Positions 50,209 through 59,424 of a DNA stretch of 64,000 nt are shown one piece after another (position 1 is the stretch's first letter; every line of letters begins with the position of its first letter). The DNA comes from Acidimicrobiales bacterium (GTDB taxonomy: Bacteria; Actinomycetota; Acidimicrobiia; Acidimicrobiales; WLNW01): assembly GCA_035525225.1 (NCBI GenBank), contig DATLFA010000061.1, positions 128,180 through 192,179 on the forward strand, written 5' to 3'. Below the pieces are notes generated by a model. It saw only the letters and a list, made by a program, of their open reading frames with translations, did not search any database and was not told the origin of the DNA. Position numbers and translations under genes: made by a program.

Positions 50209-50899
50209 CGTCCCGGCAGATATTCGTGAGCGCCTTGCCATCGCGCTCGATGTCGACGACCTCGTATTGGCGCTGCGATTCGCGCGGCAGCTGCGTCCGT
50301 ATTTCGGCGTGGCCAAGATCGGTCTCGAGCTCTACACCGCGGCGGGCCCCGAGGCGGTCGGCGCTTTGGCCAGCCTCGGCTATCTGACCTTTCTCGATCT
50401 CAAGATGCACGACATTCCGACGACCGTCGGCCGAGCCGGACGTGTGCTCGGCGCGTTGGGCGTGAACATGGTGACGATGCACGCGCATGGTGGCGTCGCG
50501 ATGCTGCAAGCAGGCGTCGAGGGCTTGCGCGAAGGCTCGTCGCGCGCCGGCGCCGATGAACCGTGGTCGCTCGCGATCACTGTCCTGACGAGCGACGCCG
50601 ATGCGCCGCCGCACATCATGCCCAAGCGCGTGTTGCTCGCGACCGAAGCCGGATGCACCGGCATCGTGTGCGCGGCGGCCGATCTCAAAGACGCGCACGC
50701 ATATGCACCGCGGCTCAAACGCGTCGTGCCCGGCATCCGTATGGCAGGCACCGACACGCACGATCAGGCCCGCGCCGCGACACCGGCTGCCGCGTTGTCG
50801 AACGGGGCCGATCTGCTCGTGATAGGGCGTGCGGTGACCCAAGCCGAGGACCCGGTCGCGGCCGCAGAAGCGCTGGTCGGCGAGCTTGTCGGCGTCTGA
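50201..50899 (+). CDS. pyrF: Orotidine 5'-phosphate decarboxylase
   Basis: ATG 50201 follows AGGAGTGGAG, inside track ORF 50141..50899. LAIALDV, FLDLKMHDIPTTV and LVIGRAVT. Confidence 0.9.
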   Translation: MGDVPADIRERLAIALDVDDLVLALRFARQLRPYFGVAKIGLELYTAAGPEAVGALASLGYLTFLDLKMHDIPTTVGRAGRVLGALGVNMVTMHAHGGVAMLQAGVEGLREGSSRAGADEPWSLAITVLTSDADAPPHIMPKRVLLATEAGCTGIVCAAADLKDAHAYAPRLKRVVPGIRMAGTDTHDQARAATPAAALSNGADLLVIGRAVTQAEDPVAAAEALVGELVGV

Positions 50900-50982
50900 A
50901 CATCTATCGAAAATGGCGTCAAGCCGGCGGACACTTTTCACATGACGCGACAATCGGCTTTGGGCCCGGTAGGGTCAGCGCC

Positions 50983-51312
50983 ATGGCGGAACCACCAAAG
51001 CTCACTGACGAACAACGAGCAGCAGCCCTCGAAAAAGCTGCTCAAGCGCGACGTGTTCGCGCGGAGGTCAAAGAGCAACTCAAAACCGGTTCCTTGTCGC
51101 TCCCAGGTCTCTTCGCGCGTGCCGAACGCGACGAAATGGTTGGCAAGCTCAAGGTGCTGGCACTGCTCGAAGCGATGCCCGGCGTCGGCAAGGTCAAGGC
51201 ACGGCGCACGATGGACGAGATCGGCATTGCCGAAACGCGTCGCGTGCAAGGACTCGGTGCGCAACAGCGCGCCAAGTTGCTCGAGCTCTTCAACGCCGGC
51301 GCTCCGAGCTAA
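50983..51312 (+). CDS. mihF: Actinobacterial integration host factor
   Basis: ATG 50983 lies inside track ORF 50563..51312. LTDEQRAAALEKAAQARRVRAEVKEQLKTG...KVLALLEAMPGVGKVKA matches mIHF. Confidence 0.85.
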   Translation: MAEPPKLTDEQRAAALEKAAQARRVRAEVKEQLKTGSLSLPGLFARAERDEMVGKLKVLALLEAMPGVGKVKARRTMDEIGIAETRRVQGLGAQQRAKLLELFNAGAPS

Positions 51313-51378
51313 CACGCGCTCGTATAGTCGGCGCTCGAGCAACCTGCGGTTGGTCGACCCGGTCTCGACACCACCGTC

Positions 51379-51966
51379 ATGAACCGACGGCCGCTGACGA
51401 TCGTCTTGTCGGGCGCCGGCGGTGCGGGCAAAGGCACGATCGCGCGTCGCCTCGCCGAGCTCGATCACACGTTGTGGCTGTCGCGTTCGTGGACGACGCG
51501 TTCGCCTCGCGTCGACGATGCTCCGCTCGCGTATCGCTACGCCACCCGAGAAGAGTTCGAGCGCCATCGCGAACGTGGGGGGTTCCTCGAGTGGAACCAA
51601 TTCCACGACAACCTGTACGGCACCCCGGTGCCCGACCCGCCGGCCGGACACGACATCCTGCTCGAGATCGACGTCAACGGCGGGCGGCAAGTGCGCCGGC
51701 ATCATCGCGACGCTCTGTTGATCTTCGTCGAGGCACCGTCGGTGGAAGAACAGCGCCGGCGGCTGTTACGCCGGGGCGATTCGCCCGTGCAGGCCCAGGC
51801 CCGCATCCGCGAGGGCGACCGCGAGCGGCGCGACGCGAGAACGCTCGGCTACCGCTTCGTCGTCAACGACGACCTCGACAGGGCGGTCGCAGAGATCCGT
51901 CAGGCCATCGAGGAACGCCGCCCGCCGCGCAAAGCGGGCGAGCCGGGGCCAACAGTGAGACAGTGA
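51379..51966 (+). CDS. gmk: Guanylate kinase
   Basis: Track ORF of 195 aa. P-loop SGAGGAGKGT, SWTTRSPR, FLEWNQFHDNLYGTP and the overall Gmk pattern. Confidence 0.85.
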   Translation: MNRRPLTIVLSGAGGAGKGTIARRLAELDHTLWLSRSWTTRSPRVDDAPLAYRYATREEFERHRERGGFLEWNQFHDNLYGTPVPDPPAGHDILLEIDVNGGRQVRRHHRDALLIFVEAPSVEEQRRRLLRRGDSPVQAQARIREGDRERRDARTLGYRFVVNDDLDRAVAEIRQAIEERRPPRKAGEPGPTVRQ

Positions 51967-51997
51967 GGGCCAACAGTGAGGGCCAACAGTGAGGGAC
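51946..51997. repeat. 13-nt tandem repeat (GGGCCAACAGTGA) spanning the gmk stop; four GTGA motifs
   Basis: Full copies at 51946-51958, 51967-51979 and 51980-51992, plus an 8-nt partial GACAGTGA at 51959-51966 that contains the gmk stop, and a trailing GGGAC. Confidence 0.9.
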
Positions 51998-52075
51998 TCG
52001 GCCCCTGATCTGATAGCGTTCAACGGGCCGATTTCGGCAGTTGCCGCGCGTCTCGCGCTGTGAACAGGAGTGTTG

Positions 52076-52366
52076 ATGGCCGAGCGCACTGACATGATGA
52101 CCCAGCCCCCGATCGAGGAATTGCTCGATCGCGCCCAGTCGAAGTTTCGCTTGGTGACGCTTTCGGCAAAGCGGGCCCGCCAGATCAACGCCTACTACGG
52201 GCAGTTGGGCGAGGGCCTGGGGTCCTCCATCCCTCCGCAGGTCACCTCCACGGCACGCACATCGCTCTCGCTGGCGTTCCAAGAGATCGCGGCCGACAAG
52301 ATCGTCGCAATCGAGCCGGCCGAAGTAACCGAAGAGGTCGCGGCCGAGGAGCAAGGCGACGCCTGA
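52076..52366 (+). CDS. rpoZ: DNA-directed RNA polymerase subunit omega
   Basis: ATG 52076 follows CAGGAG (track ORF starts at TTG 52070). IEELLDRAQSKFRLVTLSAKRARQIN. Confidence 0.9.
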   Translation: MAERTDMMTQPPIEELLDRAQSKFRLVTLSAKRARQINAYYGQLGEGLGSSIPPQVTSTARTSLSLAFQEIAADKIVAIEPAEVTEEVAAEEQGDA

Positions 52367-52397
52367 CGTCGCCCCCGCTCGGTTCTAGGAAGCTGCC

Positions 52398-53612
52398 GTG
52401 ACGCTCGCTGGCCGGCGCATCGTGCTCGGGGTCTCGGGCGGTATCTCGGCGTACAAAGCCGTCGACGTGTGCCGGCGATTGATCGATGCCGGTGCGATCG
52501 TGGCGCCCGTGCTCACCCGCGGCGCGTTGCGGTTCGTGGGCGAGACGACGTTTTCCGCACTGGCGAGTGAACGCGTGCGCACCTCGCTGTGGGACGAAGC
52601 CGAGCCGATCCCGCACACGCGGCTGGGGCAGGGGGCCGATCTCGTCGTTGTCTGTCCGGCGACGGCGCGCATCTTGAGCGACTACCGCACTGGTCGTTCC
52701 GCCGATCTGCTCACCGCGACACTCATCGCCACCCGTGCGCCCGTGGTGGTCTGCCCGGCGATGCACACCGAGATGTGGGAGCACTCGGCCGTACAGGACA
52801 ACATGGCGGTCCTTGCCGCCCGGGGCGTGCACATCGTCGGTCCCGAGTCGGGCCGTCTCGCCGGCGGCGATTTCGGCGCCGGCCGTCTCGCGGCACCCGA
52901 GACCGTCCTCGCCGCCATCGAGCGCGTGCTCGGTCCCCGTGACCTCGACGGCGTCGCAGTGCTCATCACCGCCGGCGGCACGCGCGAAACAATCGATCCG
53001 GTGCGGGTGATCACCAATCGTTCGTCGGGCAAGCAGGGCTACGCGCTGGCCGAGGCCGCGATTGCGCGAGGTGCGCGGGTCACGCTCGTCACCACCGTCG
53101 ATCGGGCCGCCCCTCCCGGCGTCGCCGCGGTGGTCGCGGTCGAGTCCGCCGCTGACATGCAGGCGGCCGTCATGCCCCGGGCGGCAGCCCACGACGTGGT
53201 CATCATGGCCGCGGCGGTGGCCGACTTTCGCCCCAAAGAGGTGGCCGACCACAAGCTCAAGAAGGGCGATTCCGTGGTCGGCGCTTCGCTCGTGCCCGAG
53301 TTGATCCTCGAGCCGACGCACGACTTCCTCGTCGATCTCGGGCACGCGAAGCGGGCCGATCAGATCATTGTGGGTTTCGCCGCCGAGACCGACAATGTCA
53401 TCGACAACGCGCGAACCAAGCTCGCGCGCAAGAATCTCGATCTCATCGTCGCCAACGACGTCTCCGCGCCCAACGTCGGTTTTGCGCACGAGACCAACGA
53501 GGTCACGATTCTGCCTGCCCACGGCGAACCCCTAAAGGTGTCATTGACGAGCAAGCGAGCAATCGCCGACCGCATCCTCGATGCGATCGTCCGAGAACGA
53601 AGCCGGCAGTAG
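52398..53612 (+). CDS. coaBC: Bifunctional phosphopantothenoylcysteine decarboxylase / phosphopantothenate--cysteine ligase
   Basis: Track ORF of 404 aa. GVSGGISAYKAVDVCRRL, CPAMHTEMWEH, ITNRSSGKQG and AAAVADFRP. Confidence 0.9.
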   Translation: MTLAGRRIVLGVSGGISAYKAVDVCRRLIDAGAIVAPVLTRGALRFVGETTFSALASERVRTSLWDEAEPIPHTRLGQGADLVVVCPATARILSDYRTGRSADLLTATLIATRAPVVVCPAMHTEMWEHSAVQDNMAVLAARGVHIVGPESGRLAGGDFGAGRLAAPETVLAAIERVLGPRDLDGVAVLITAGGTRETIDPVRVITNRSSGKQGYALAEAAIARGARVTLVTTVDRAAPPGVAAVVAVESAADMQAAVMPRAAAHDVVIMAAAVADFRPKEVADHKLKKGDSVVGASLVPELILEPTHDFLVDLGHAKRADQIIVGFAAETDNVIDNARTKLARKNLDLIVANDVSAPNVGFAHETNEVTILPAHGEPLKVSLTSKRAIADRILDAIVRERSRQ

Positions 53613-53653
53613 CCAACCAACCGCACCAGAACCACAACTAGGAGCATCACCCA

Positions 53654-54850
53654 GTGAGCAACTACATGTTCACCTCCGAGTCGGTGACCGAAGGTCATCC
53701 CGACAAGATGGCCGATCAGATCTCGGATTCGATCCTCGATGCGTTGATCGCGCAAGACCCGATGAGCCGCGTCGCATGCGAGACGATGGTGACGACCGGA
53801 CTCGCGATCGTCGCCGGTGAGATCACCACCAACGCCTATGTCGACATCCCCGGCATCGTGCGCGACACGATCCGTGGCATCGGCTACGACCGCGAGTCCT
53901 TCGGCTATGACGGCAGCACCTGCGGTGTGATGATCGCCATCGACGAGCAATCGCAGGACATCTCACAGGGCGTCAACGACTCCGAAGAAGTGCGCTCGGG
54001 GAAGGCGGGCGAGAGCGACCAACTCGACAAGCAGGGCGCCGGCGATCAGGGCCTCATGTTCGGCTACGCCTGCGATGAGACCGACGCACTCATGCCGTTG
54101 CCTATTCACATCGCGCACCGGCTCGCCGAGCGCATGGCCGAGGTGCGCAAGGCCGGCACCATCCCGTACCTGCGGCCCGACGGCAAGACCCAGGTCACCT
54201 TCGAATACAAAAAAGGCCGGCCGGTGCGGTTGGCCACGGTGCTCATCTCCACGCAGCACAACGACGGAATCGACCGCGATTCGATGATCCGGCCCGACCT
54301 CATCGAGCACGTGATCCGGCCGGTGATCCCGGCGCAGTACGCCGACGACAACTACGCGGTCTACGTGAACCCGACGGGGCGCTTCGTCATCGGCGGCCCG
54401 GTCGGCGACGCGGGGCTGACCGGTCGCAAGATCATCGTCGACACTTACGGCGGCATGGCCCGTCACGGTGGCGGTGCGTTCAGCGGCAAAGACCCGTCCA
54501 AGGTCGATCGGTCCGCAACGTACGCGGCGCGCTGGGTGGCGAAGAACGTCGTTGCCGCCGGCGCGGCGCAGCGCTGCGAGATCCAGGTCGCGTACGCCAT
54601 CGGCATGGCCCGGCCCATCTCCGTGCTCGTCGAGACGTTCGGTACCGAGACTGTCGATGCGGAAAAGATCAACCGGGTGGTGCAAGAGATCTTCGACCTC
54701 CGTCCCGCCGCCATCATTCGCGACCTCGACCTGCGCAAGCCCAAGTACAAGGTGACCGCTGCCTACGGGCATTTCGGGCGTACCGGTGACAGCTTCACGT
54801 GGGAGTTCGTCAACCGCGTCGACGAACTGAAGTCCGCGCTGGGCTTGTAA
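53654..54850 (+). CDS. metK: S-adenosylmethionine synthase
   Basis: Track ORF of 398 aa with a GTG after [38 protein letters not shown] and [16 protein letters not shown]. Confidence 0.95.
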   Translation: MSNYMFTSESVTEGHPDKMADQISDSILDALIAQDPMSRVACETMVTTGLAIVAGEITTNAYVDIPGIVRDTIRGIGYDRESFGYDGSTCGVMIAIDEQSQDISQGVNDSEEVRSGKAGESDQLDKQGAGDQGLMFGYACDETDALMPLPIHIAHRLAERMAEVRKAGTIPYLRPDGKTQVTFEYKKGRPVRLATVLISTQHNDGIDRDSMIRPDLIEHVIRPVIPAQYADDNYAVYVNPTGRFVIGGPVGDAGLTGRKIIVDTYGGMARHGGGAFSGKDPSKVDRSATYAARWVAKNVVAAGAAQRCEIQVAYAIGMARPISVLVETFGTETVDAEKINRVVQEIFDLRPAAIIRDLDLRKPKYKVTAAYGHFGRTGDSFTWEFVNRVDELKSALGL

Positions 54851-54860
54851 GCGCGGGGGA

Positions 54861-56684
54861 GTGGCAGCCGGGGCCGGCAGCAGACGCCCGCAACAATCCA
54901 CGCGCGCGCCGCACTTCACCCGCATCGTTCGCGTCCTGCCCGATGTCGCGGCCATCGGCCGTGAGTTCGACTACGGAGTCCCCGACGAATGGCTCGCCGA
55001 CGGGCGGGCGTCACTCGTGCGCGTCGGCTCGATGGTTCGCATCGATCTCAACGGGCGCCGCGTCGGTGGCTGGATCGTCGACGACGACGTCGAGGCTCCC
55101 GCGGGTGTCACCGTCCGGGCTCTCGCCAAGATCTCGGGGCTGGGGCCCGACACGACGGTCGTCGACCTGGCCCGGTGGACCGCGTGGCGTTGGGCCGGGC
55201 GCGTCGCCGCGGCACTGACCGCGGCCTCTCCCGGCCATGTCGTGGCGGGGTTGCCCGCCGCAGCCGCACTACCGATCGTGCCGGTGGGCGCGACGACCGT
55301 CGATGCGTACGCGGACCGCGCGTTCCGGGCCGAGCGCGCCGTGATGCGTGTGCCCGCATCGATCGGTGACCGCCCGCTCGTGTTGGCCGCAGTTCGCGCC
55401 GCATTCGCGCGTGGTGGCTGGGCGCTGGTGTTGTCCCCGTCGGTCGACCGTGCCCGATCGATCGCGGCCGAACTGCGCCGGGCCAACATCGCCGTCGCGC
55501 TGTATCCGCGCGATTGGGCGCAAGCCGCCGCTGGCGCCACGGTCGTCGGGGCGCGGGCCGCCGCATTCGCGACCACTGCGAAATTGGGTGCCGTGCTGGT
55601 GCTCGACGAACACGATGAGTCGTACAAAGAGGAGCGGGCGCCGGCGTGGCACGCCCGCGATGTCGCCATCGAAAGGGCGCGACGAGCCGGGGTCCCGTGC
55701 GTGCTCAGCGCACCGTCGCCGACGCTCGACGCGTCGTGGCGCGACGGGCGTCCGTGGGGCGAACTGATCACACTGTCGCGCTACGAAGAGCGCGCGGCGT
55801 GGCCGATCGTCGACGTGATCGACGTGCGCCGCGAAGAGCCCGGTGGTGCCCGTCTCAGTGCGCGATTGGTTCCGGCCCTGCGCGGCCCCGGACCAGTCGT
55901 GTGCGTGCTCAACCGCACCGGCCGGGCACGTTTGTTGGCGTGCGCGGCGTGTGGCGAGCTGGTGCGTTGTGAAACCCACCGTGTTCCCTTGATGCAAGAC
56001 GATGCCGGCTTGTTGGTCTGCCCTCGCGACGACGAGGCGCGCCCCGCAGTGTGCGCGCACTGCGGTTCGACGAGCCTGCGCAACCTCCGCCAAGGCGTGG
56101 CGAGGGTGCGTGAAGAGCTCGAAGCGTTGGCGAATCGACCGGTGATCGAGGTGACCGCGGCGCACGCGCTGAAAGACGCGCGGGCCGACGTCTACATCGG
56201 CACGGAATCGGTGCTGCATCAACTCGATCACGCCAAGGCCGTGGTGTTCCTCGACTTCGACCAAGAGTTGCTGGCGCCGCGCACGCGGGCGAGCGAGCAG
56301 GCGATGACGTTGTTGACGCGAGCGGCTCGATTGGTCGGCCCGAGGGCGGACGGCGGCCGCATCCTCGTGCAGACGCGCTGGCCTCGCCATGACGTGCTCG
56401 AGGCCGCGCAGCGCGCCGACCCGGGCCGTTTCGCCGAGCGTGAACGCATTCGCCGCCTCGAACTCGCGATGCCGCCGTTCTGCGCAGAGGCCCTCGTGTC
56501 CGGCTCGGCCGCGGCCGAGTACATCGACCGCCTCGGTCACCCGCTCGGGATCACCGTGCGGGGGCCTTCCAACGGGCAATGGCTGGTGACGGCGGCCGAG
56601 CACAAACCGCTGTGCGACGCGCTGGCCGCAGTCGAACGCCCCCCGGGCCGCCTCCGCGTGGAAGTCGACCCCCTCCGCATCTGA
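54861..56684 (+). CDS. priA: Primosomal protein N' (PriA-like) without a recognisable Walker A motif
   Basis: Track ORF of 607 aa. N-terminal VRVLPDVAAIGREFDYGVPDEW, LVLDEHDESYK (DExH-like), a Cys cluster CAACGELVRC...VCPRDD...CAHCGS, and a C-terminal PriA-like region. Confidence 0.75.
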   Translation: MAAGAGSRRPQQSTRAPHFTRIVRVLPDVAAIGREFDYGVPDEWLADGRASLVRVGSMVRIDLNGRRVGGWIVDDDVEAPAGVTVRALAKISGLGPDTTVVDLARWTAWRWAGRVAAALTAASPGHVVAGLPAAAALPIVPVGATTVDAYADRAFRAERAVMRVPASIGDRPLVLAAVRAAFARGGWALVLSPSVDRARSIAAELRRANIAVALYPRDWAQAAAGATVVGARAAAFATTAKLGAVLVLDEHDESYKEERAPAWHARDVAIERARRAGVPCVLSAPSPTLDASWRDGRPWGELITLSRYEERAAWPIVDVIDVRREEPGGARLSARLVPALRGPGPVVCVLNRTGRARLLACAACGELVRCETHRVPLMQDDAGLLVCPRDDEARPAVCAHCGSTSLRNLRQGVARVREELEALANRPVIEVTAAHALKDARADVYIGTESVLHQLDHAKAVVFLDFDQELLAPRTRASEQAMTLLTRAARLVGPRADGGRILVQTRWPRHDVLEAAQRADPGRFAERERIRRLELAMPPFCAEALVSGSAAAEYIDRLGHPLGITVRGPSNGQWLVTAAEHKPLCDALAAVERPPGRLRVEVDPLRI

Positions 56685-56703
56685 CCCGCGGGCCAACCCC
56701 ATT

Positions 56704-56721
56704 CCCAACCTTCTGGGTGGG
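56704..56721. terminator. Weak hairpin between convergent priA and the methyltransferase gene
   Basis: CCCAACC-TTCT-GGGTGGG gives a 7-bp stem with one mismatch. Confidence 0.25.
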
Positions 56722-56738
56722 CTGGTCTCGGGGCGGCA

Positions 56739-57257
56739 CTACCAGCGTTGGCGGCGCAGCTCGTAGAGGGCGATCGCGGTCGCGGTAGCGACGTTGAGGG
56801 AGCCGACCTTGCCGAGCATCGGCAGATACGCGACGGCGTCGCAGGCGTCGAGTGTCGACGGGCCGAGGCCGCGATCCTCGTGGCCGATCACGAGGCACAC
56901 ATCGCCGGCGACGGTGAGCTCGTGCAACGGGGTCGCTCCGTCGGCGAGCTCGAGGCCCACCGTCGTGAATGCGGCGGCCCGCGCCCCGCCGAGCGCGTCG
57001 GCGATGGTGGCGCAGCGTTGCCACGTCAGGTAGCGATCGCAGCCGAGCGCGGTCTTGCGCACCTTGGCATCGTCGAGTTCGGGCGTCGTACCGACGAGCC
57101 ATGCGTGTTCGACGCGGTACGAGGCAGCCGTTCGCACGATCGCGCCGACGTTGAATGGCGACTGCACGTTGTCGAGCACGAGCGCGAGCCGGCCGTCACT
57201 GCGATGACGCCACTCGCGGTGCAGTCGCTTCAAGCCCGTGCCGTCGAGCGGCTTCAT
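56739..57257 (-). CDS. SpoU/TrmH-family RNA 2'-O-methyltransferase
   Basis: ATG is the complement of 57255-57257, inside track ORF 56739..57653. NVQSPFNVGAIVRTA, LVIGHEDRGL and LPMLGKVGSLNVATATAIALYE. Confidence 0.8.
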   Translation of the reverse strand: MKPLDGTGLKRLHREWRHRSDGRLALVLDNVQSPFNVGAIVRTAASYRVEHAWLVGTTPELDDAKVRKTALGCDRYLTWQRCATIADALGGARAAAFTTVGLELADGATPLHELTVAGDVCLVIGHEDRGLGPSTLDACDAVAYLPMLGKVGSLNVATATAIALYELRRQRW

Positions 57258-57865
57258 CGTCGGACCTCGAGGATGCGATAGGCGCGGCGGGACACGAGTC
57301 TTTTCATGGTCCATCCCTCGTCGCCGAGCCAGCGGGCGAGCGAGTCGGCGCCGAGGTGCTTTTGCACGACGAGATACGCGACGCCGTCGGGCACGAGGCG
57401 CCCGAGCCAATGGGCCAGGAGATCGTGCAGTGCCGCCTTGCCGATGCGGATGGGCGGATTGCTGTAGATCACATCGAACTCGACATCGCCGGCCACGTCG
57501 TCGGGACCGCACACGTGCACCCGATCGGCCACCTGCGCGCGGGCAGCATTGTCGACGCACAACGCGCGGGCACGCTCGTTGCTGTCGACGGCCCAGACCT
57601 CGCAGTGGGGGGCCAGGCGAGCCAGCGCAACCGCGATCGGGCCGTATCCGCAACCGAGATCGAGCGCACGCAGTTGCGCCGGTCGGGGCGAGGGCGCTTC
57701 GAGCAGCAACAATTTGGTACCCGGGTCGATGCCATCGACGGCAAAGACGCCTCTGTCGGTGGTCAGCCGCAGCGAGACACCCGGCAGGGTCAGGTCGACC
57801 TCACGCGGTTGCGAACGCGCCGTGGGCTCGGCCTCGAAGTAGTGACCGCTCGTAGGTTCAGCCAT
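57254..57865 (-). CDS. Class I SAM-dependent methyltransferase (RsmC/RsmD-like small-domain type)
   Basis: ATG is the complement of 57863-57865, inside track ORF 57254..58393. DLGCGYGPIAV and YSNPPIRIG (NPPxH/R motif). Its stop overlaps the downstream start (ATGA on the minus strand). Confidence 0.8.
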   Translation of the reverse strand: MAEPTSGHYFEAEPTARSQPREVDLTLPGVSLRLTTDRGVFAVDGIDPGTKLLLLEAPSPRPAQLRALDLGCGYGPIAVALARLAPHCEVWAVDSNERARALCVDNAARAQVADRVHVCGPDDVAGDVEFDVIYSNPPIRIGKAALHDLLAHWLGRLVPDGVAYLVVQKHLGADSLARWLGDEGWTMKRLVSRRAYRILEVRR

Positions 57866-57892
57866 CGCGTGCTGACGGTAGCCTGCAATCCC

Positions 57893-58498
57893 ATGGCGCC
57901 CTACGAGATACGGATCATCGGCGACCCTGTCCTCCGCCAGCGCGCGGCCGAGGTCACGCAGGTCGACGGGGCATTGGCCCGTCTCTGCGACGACATGTTG
58001 CACACGATGTACGAAGCGCCCGGCATCGGCCTGGCGGCCCCTCAGGTCGGAGTGCAAAAGCGTCTGTTCGTCTACGACGTGGGTGAAGGTCCGGGTGTGC
58101 TCGTCAATCCGGTGATCGTCGAGTCTCGCGGCACGTGGATGTACGAGGAAGGCTGCCTCTCGGTACCCGGTCTGTCGTGGGAGATCGAGCGGCCCAACGA
58201 GATCCACATACGGGGCTACGACCTCGACGGCAACGAGGTCGACATCGAGGCCGACGAGTTGCTCGGGCGCCTCTTCCAGCACGAGTTCGATCATCTCGAC
58301 GGCATCTTGCTCGTGGAGCGACTCGACGACGACCTGCGCCGGGCTGCGCTCAAGACGATCCGTGAGATGGTGCAAAACGGCACTCTGACGCACGAGAATC
58401 GCGCCCGCCTTCGCGAGGAGGCAATGGGCCCGAGCGGCCCTTCAGAGCGGGGACCGGGCCCGAGCGGTCAGACGTCGAGCGGTCTCTCGTTGCCGTGA
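57893..58498 (+). CDS. def: Peptide deformylase with a repeat-derived Gly/Pro/Ser tail
   Basis: ATG 57893 lies inside track ORF 57155..58498. GIGLAAPQVG, EGCLSVPG and QHEFDHLDG. The extra tail is MGPSGPSERGPGPSGQTSSGLSLP. Confidence 0.9.
   Translation: MAPYEIRIIGDPVLRQRAAEVTQVDGALARLCDDMLHTMYEAPGIGLAAPQVGVQKRLFVYDVGEGPGVLVNPVIVESRGTWMYEEGCLSVPGLSWEIERPNEIHIRGYDLDGNEVDIEADELLGRLFQHEFDHLDGILLVERLDDDLRRAALKTIREMVQNGTLTHENRARLREEAMGPSGPSERGPGPSGQTSSGLSLP
58426..58482. repeat. R2 element, two tandem copies (30-nt period), in frame in the def C-terminal tail
   Basis: GGGCCCGAGCGGCCCTTCAGAGCGG at 58426-58450 and a diverged copy CCGGGCCCGAGCGGTCAGACGTCGAGCGG at 58454-58482. The array ends 13 nt before the def/fmt GTGA junction. 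Confidence 0.9.
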
Positions 58499-59391
58499 CG
58501 CAACAACCGCCGCGCCATCCCCGGCGCTTGGTGTACCTGGGTACTCCCGAACTCGCGGTCCCTCCGCTGCTCGCGTTGCACGAGGCCGGATTCGAGATCC
58601 CACTGGTCGTGTCGCGTGCCGACAAGCGACGTATGCGCGGCAGTGCGCTCGCACCTTCACCGGTCAAGGCCGCGGCGCTCGAACTCGGCTTGCCGGTGAC
58701 CGATCAAGTCGACGACGTGCTGTCGGTCGATGCCGATCTCGGAGTCGTCGTGGCGTTCGGTCGTCTGATCAAGCCACACGTGCTCGACCGGTTGGCAATG
58801 GTCAACATGCATTTCTCGTTGCTGCCGCGTTGGCGCGGCGCGGCGCCCGTCGAGCGGGCGATACTGGCCGGCGATCGTGAGACCGGCGTCGACATCATGG
58901 CCGTCGAGGAAGGGCTCGACACGGGAGGTATCTACTCCGAGACGCGGGTCGCGATCGACGACGACGTCACGCTGCTCGAGCTTCGCGGGCTGCTGGTCGA
59001 GCGGGGGACGAACCTGTTGTTGGATGTCTTGCGCGACGGTATTGCCGAGCCCCGGGCACAGGTCGGTGAGCCGACGTACGCGGCCAAGATCGAGGCCCAT
59101 GAACATGAGCTCGATTGGAGACAACCGGCAGTTCAGCTGGCGCGCGTAGTACGCCTCGGCGAGGCGTGGACCACGTTCCGAGGACGCCGGCTCAAAGTGC
59201 ATCGCGCGCACGCCGTCGAGCGTTCGTCACCCGCGCCCGGCGTGCTCGACGGTGCGTTCGTCGGCACCGCGTCGGGCGCGCTCGAGCTCGTGACCGTGCA
59301 GCCCGAGGGCAAGGCGCCCATGCCGTTCACGTCATGGCGCAATGGTGCTCGGCCGACAATCGGCGAAGTGCTCGGCGCGGCAGCGCCATGA
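58495..59391 (+). CDS. fmt: Methionyl-tRNA formyltransferase
   Basis: Track ORF of 298 aa with a GTGA overlap with def. LVYLGTPELAV, NMHFSLLPRWRGAAPVERAI and TGVDIM. Confidence 0.9.
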   Translation: MTQQPPRHPRRLVYLGTPELAVPPLLALHEAGFEIPLVVSRADKRRMRGSALAPSPVKAAALELGLPVTDQVDDVLSVDADLGVVVAFGRLIKPHVLDRLAMVNMHFSLLPRWRGAAPVERAILAGDRETGVDIMAVEEGLDTGGIYSETRVAIDDDVTLLELRGLLVERGTNLLLDVLRDGIAEPRAQVGEPTYAAKIEAHEHELDWRQPAVQLARVVRLGEAWTTFRGRRLKVHRAHAVERSSPAPGVLDGAFVGTASGALELVTVQPEGKAPMPFTSWRNGARPTIGEVLGAAAP

Positions 59392-59424
59392 CCAACACCG
59401 GCGCGGCAGCGCCATGACCAATAA
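59373..59424. repeat. 26-nt tandem duplication (24/26 identical) of the fmt-stop / rsmB-start junction
   Basis: CGGCGCGGCAGCGCCATGACCAACAC at 59373-59398 and CGGCGCGGCAGCGCCATGACCAATAA at 59399-59424. Each copy contains ATGA. Confidence 0.95.

Noticed and set aside
54861-56684. priA as a pseudogene because the Walker A motif is missing.
   Set aside because: The frame is intact over 607 codons, and the N-terminal DNA-binding, DExH-like and C-terminal regions are preserved. It is more likely a lineage-typical degenerate ATPase, so I reported it as a low-interest finding instead.
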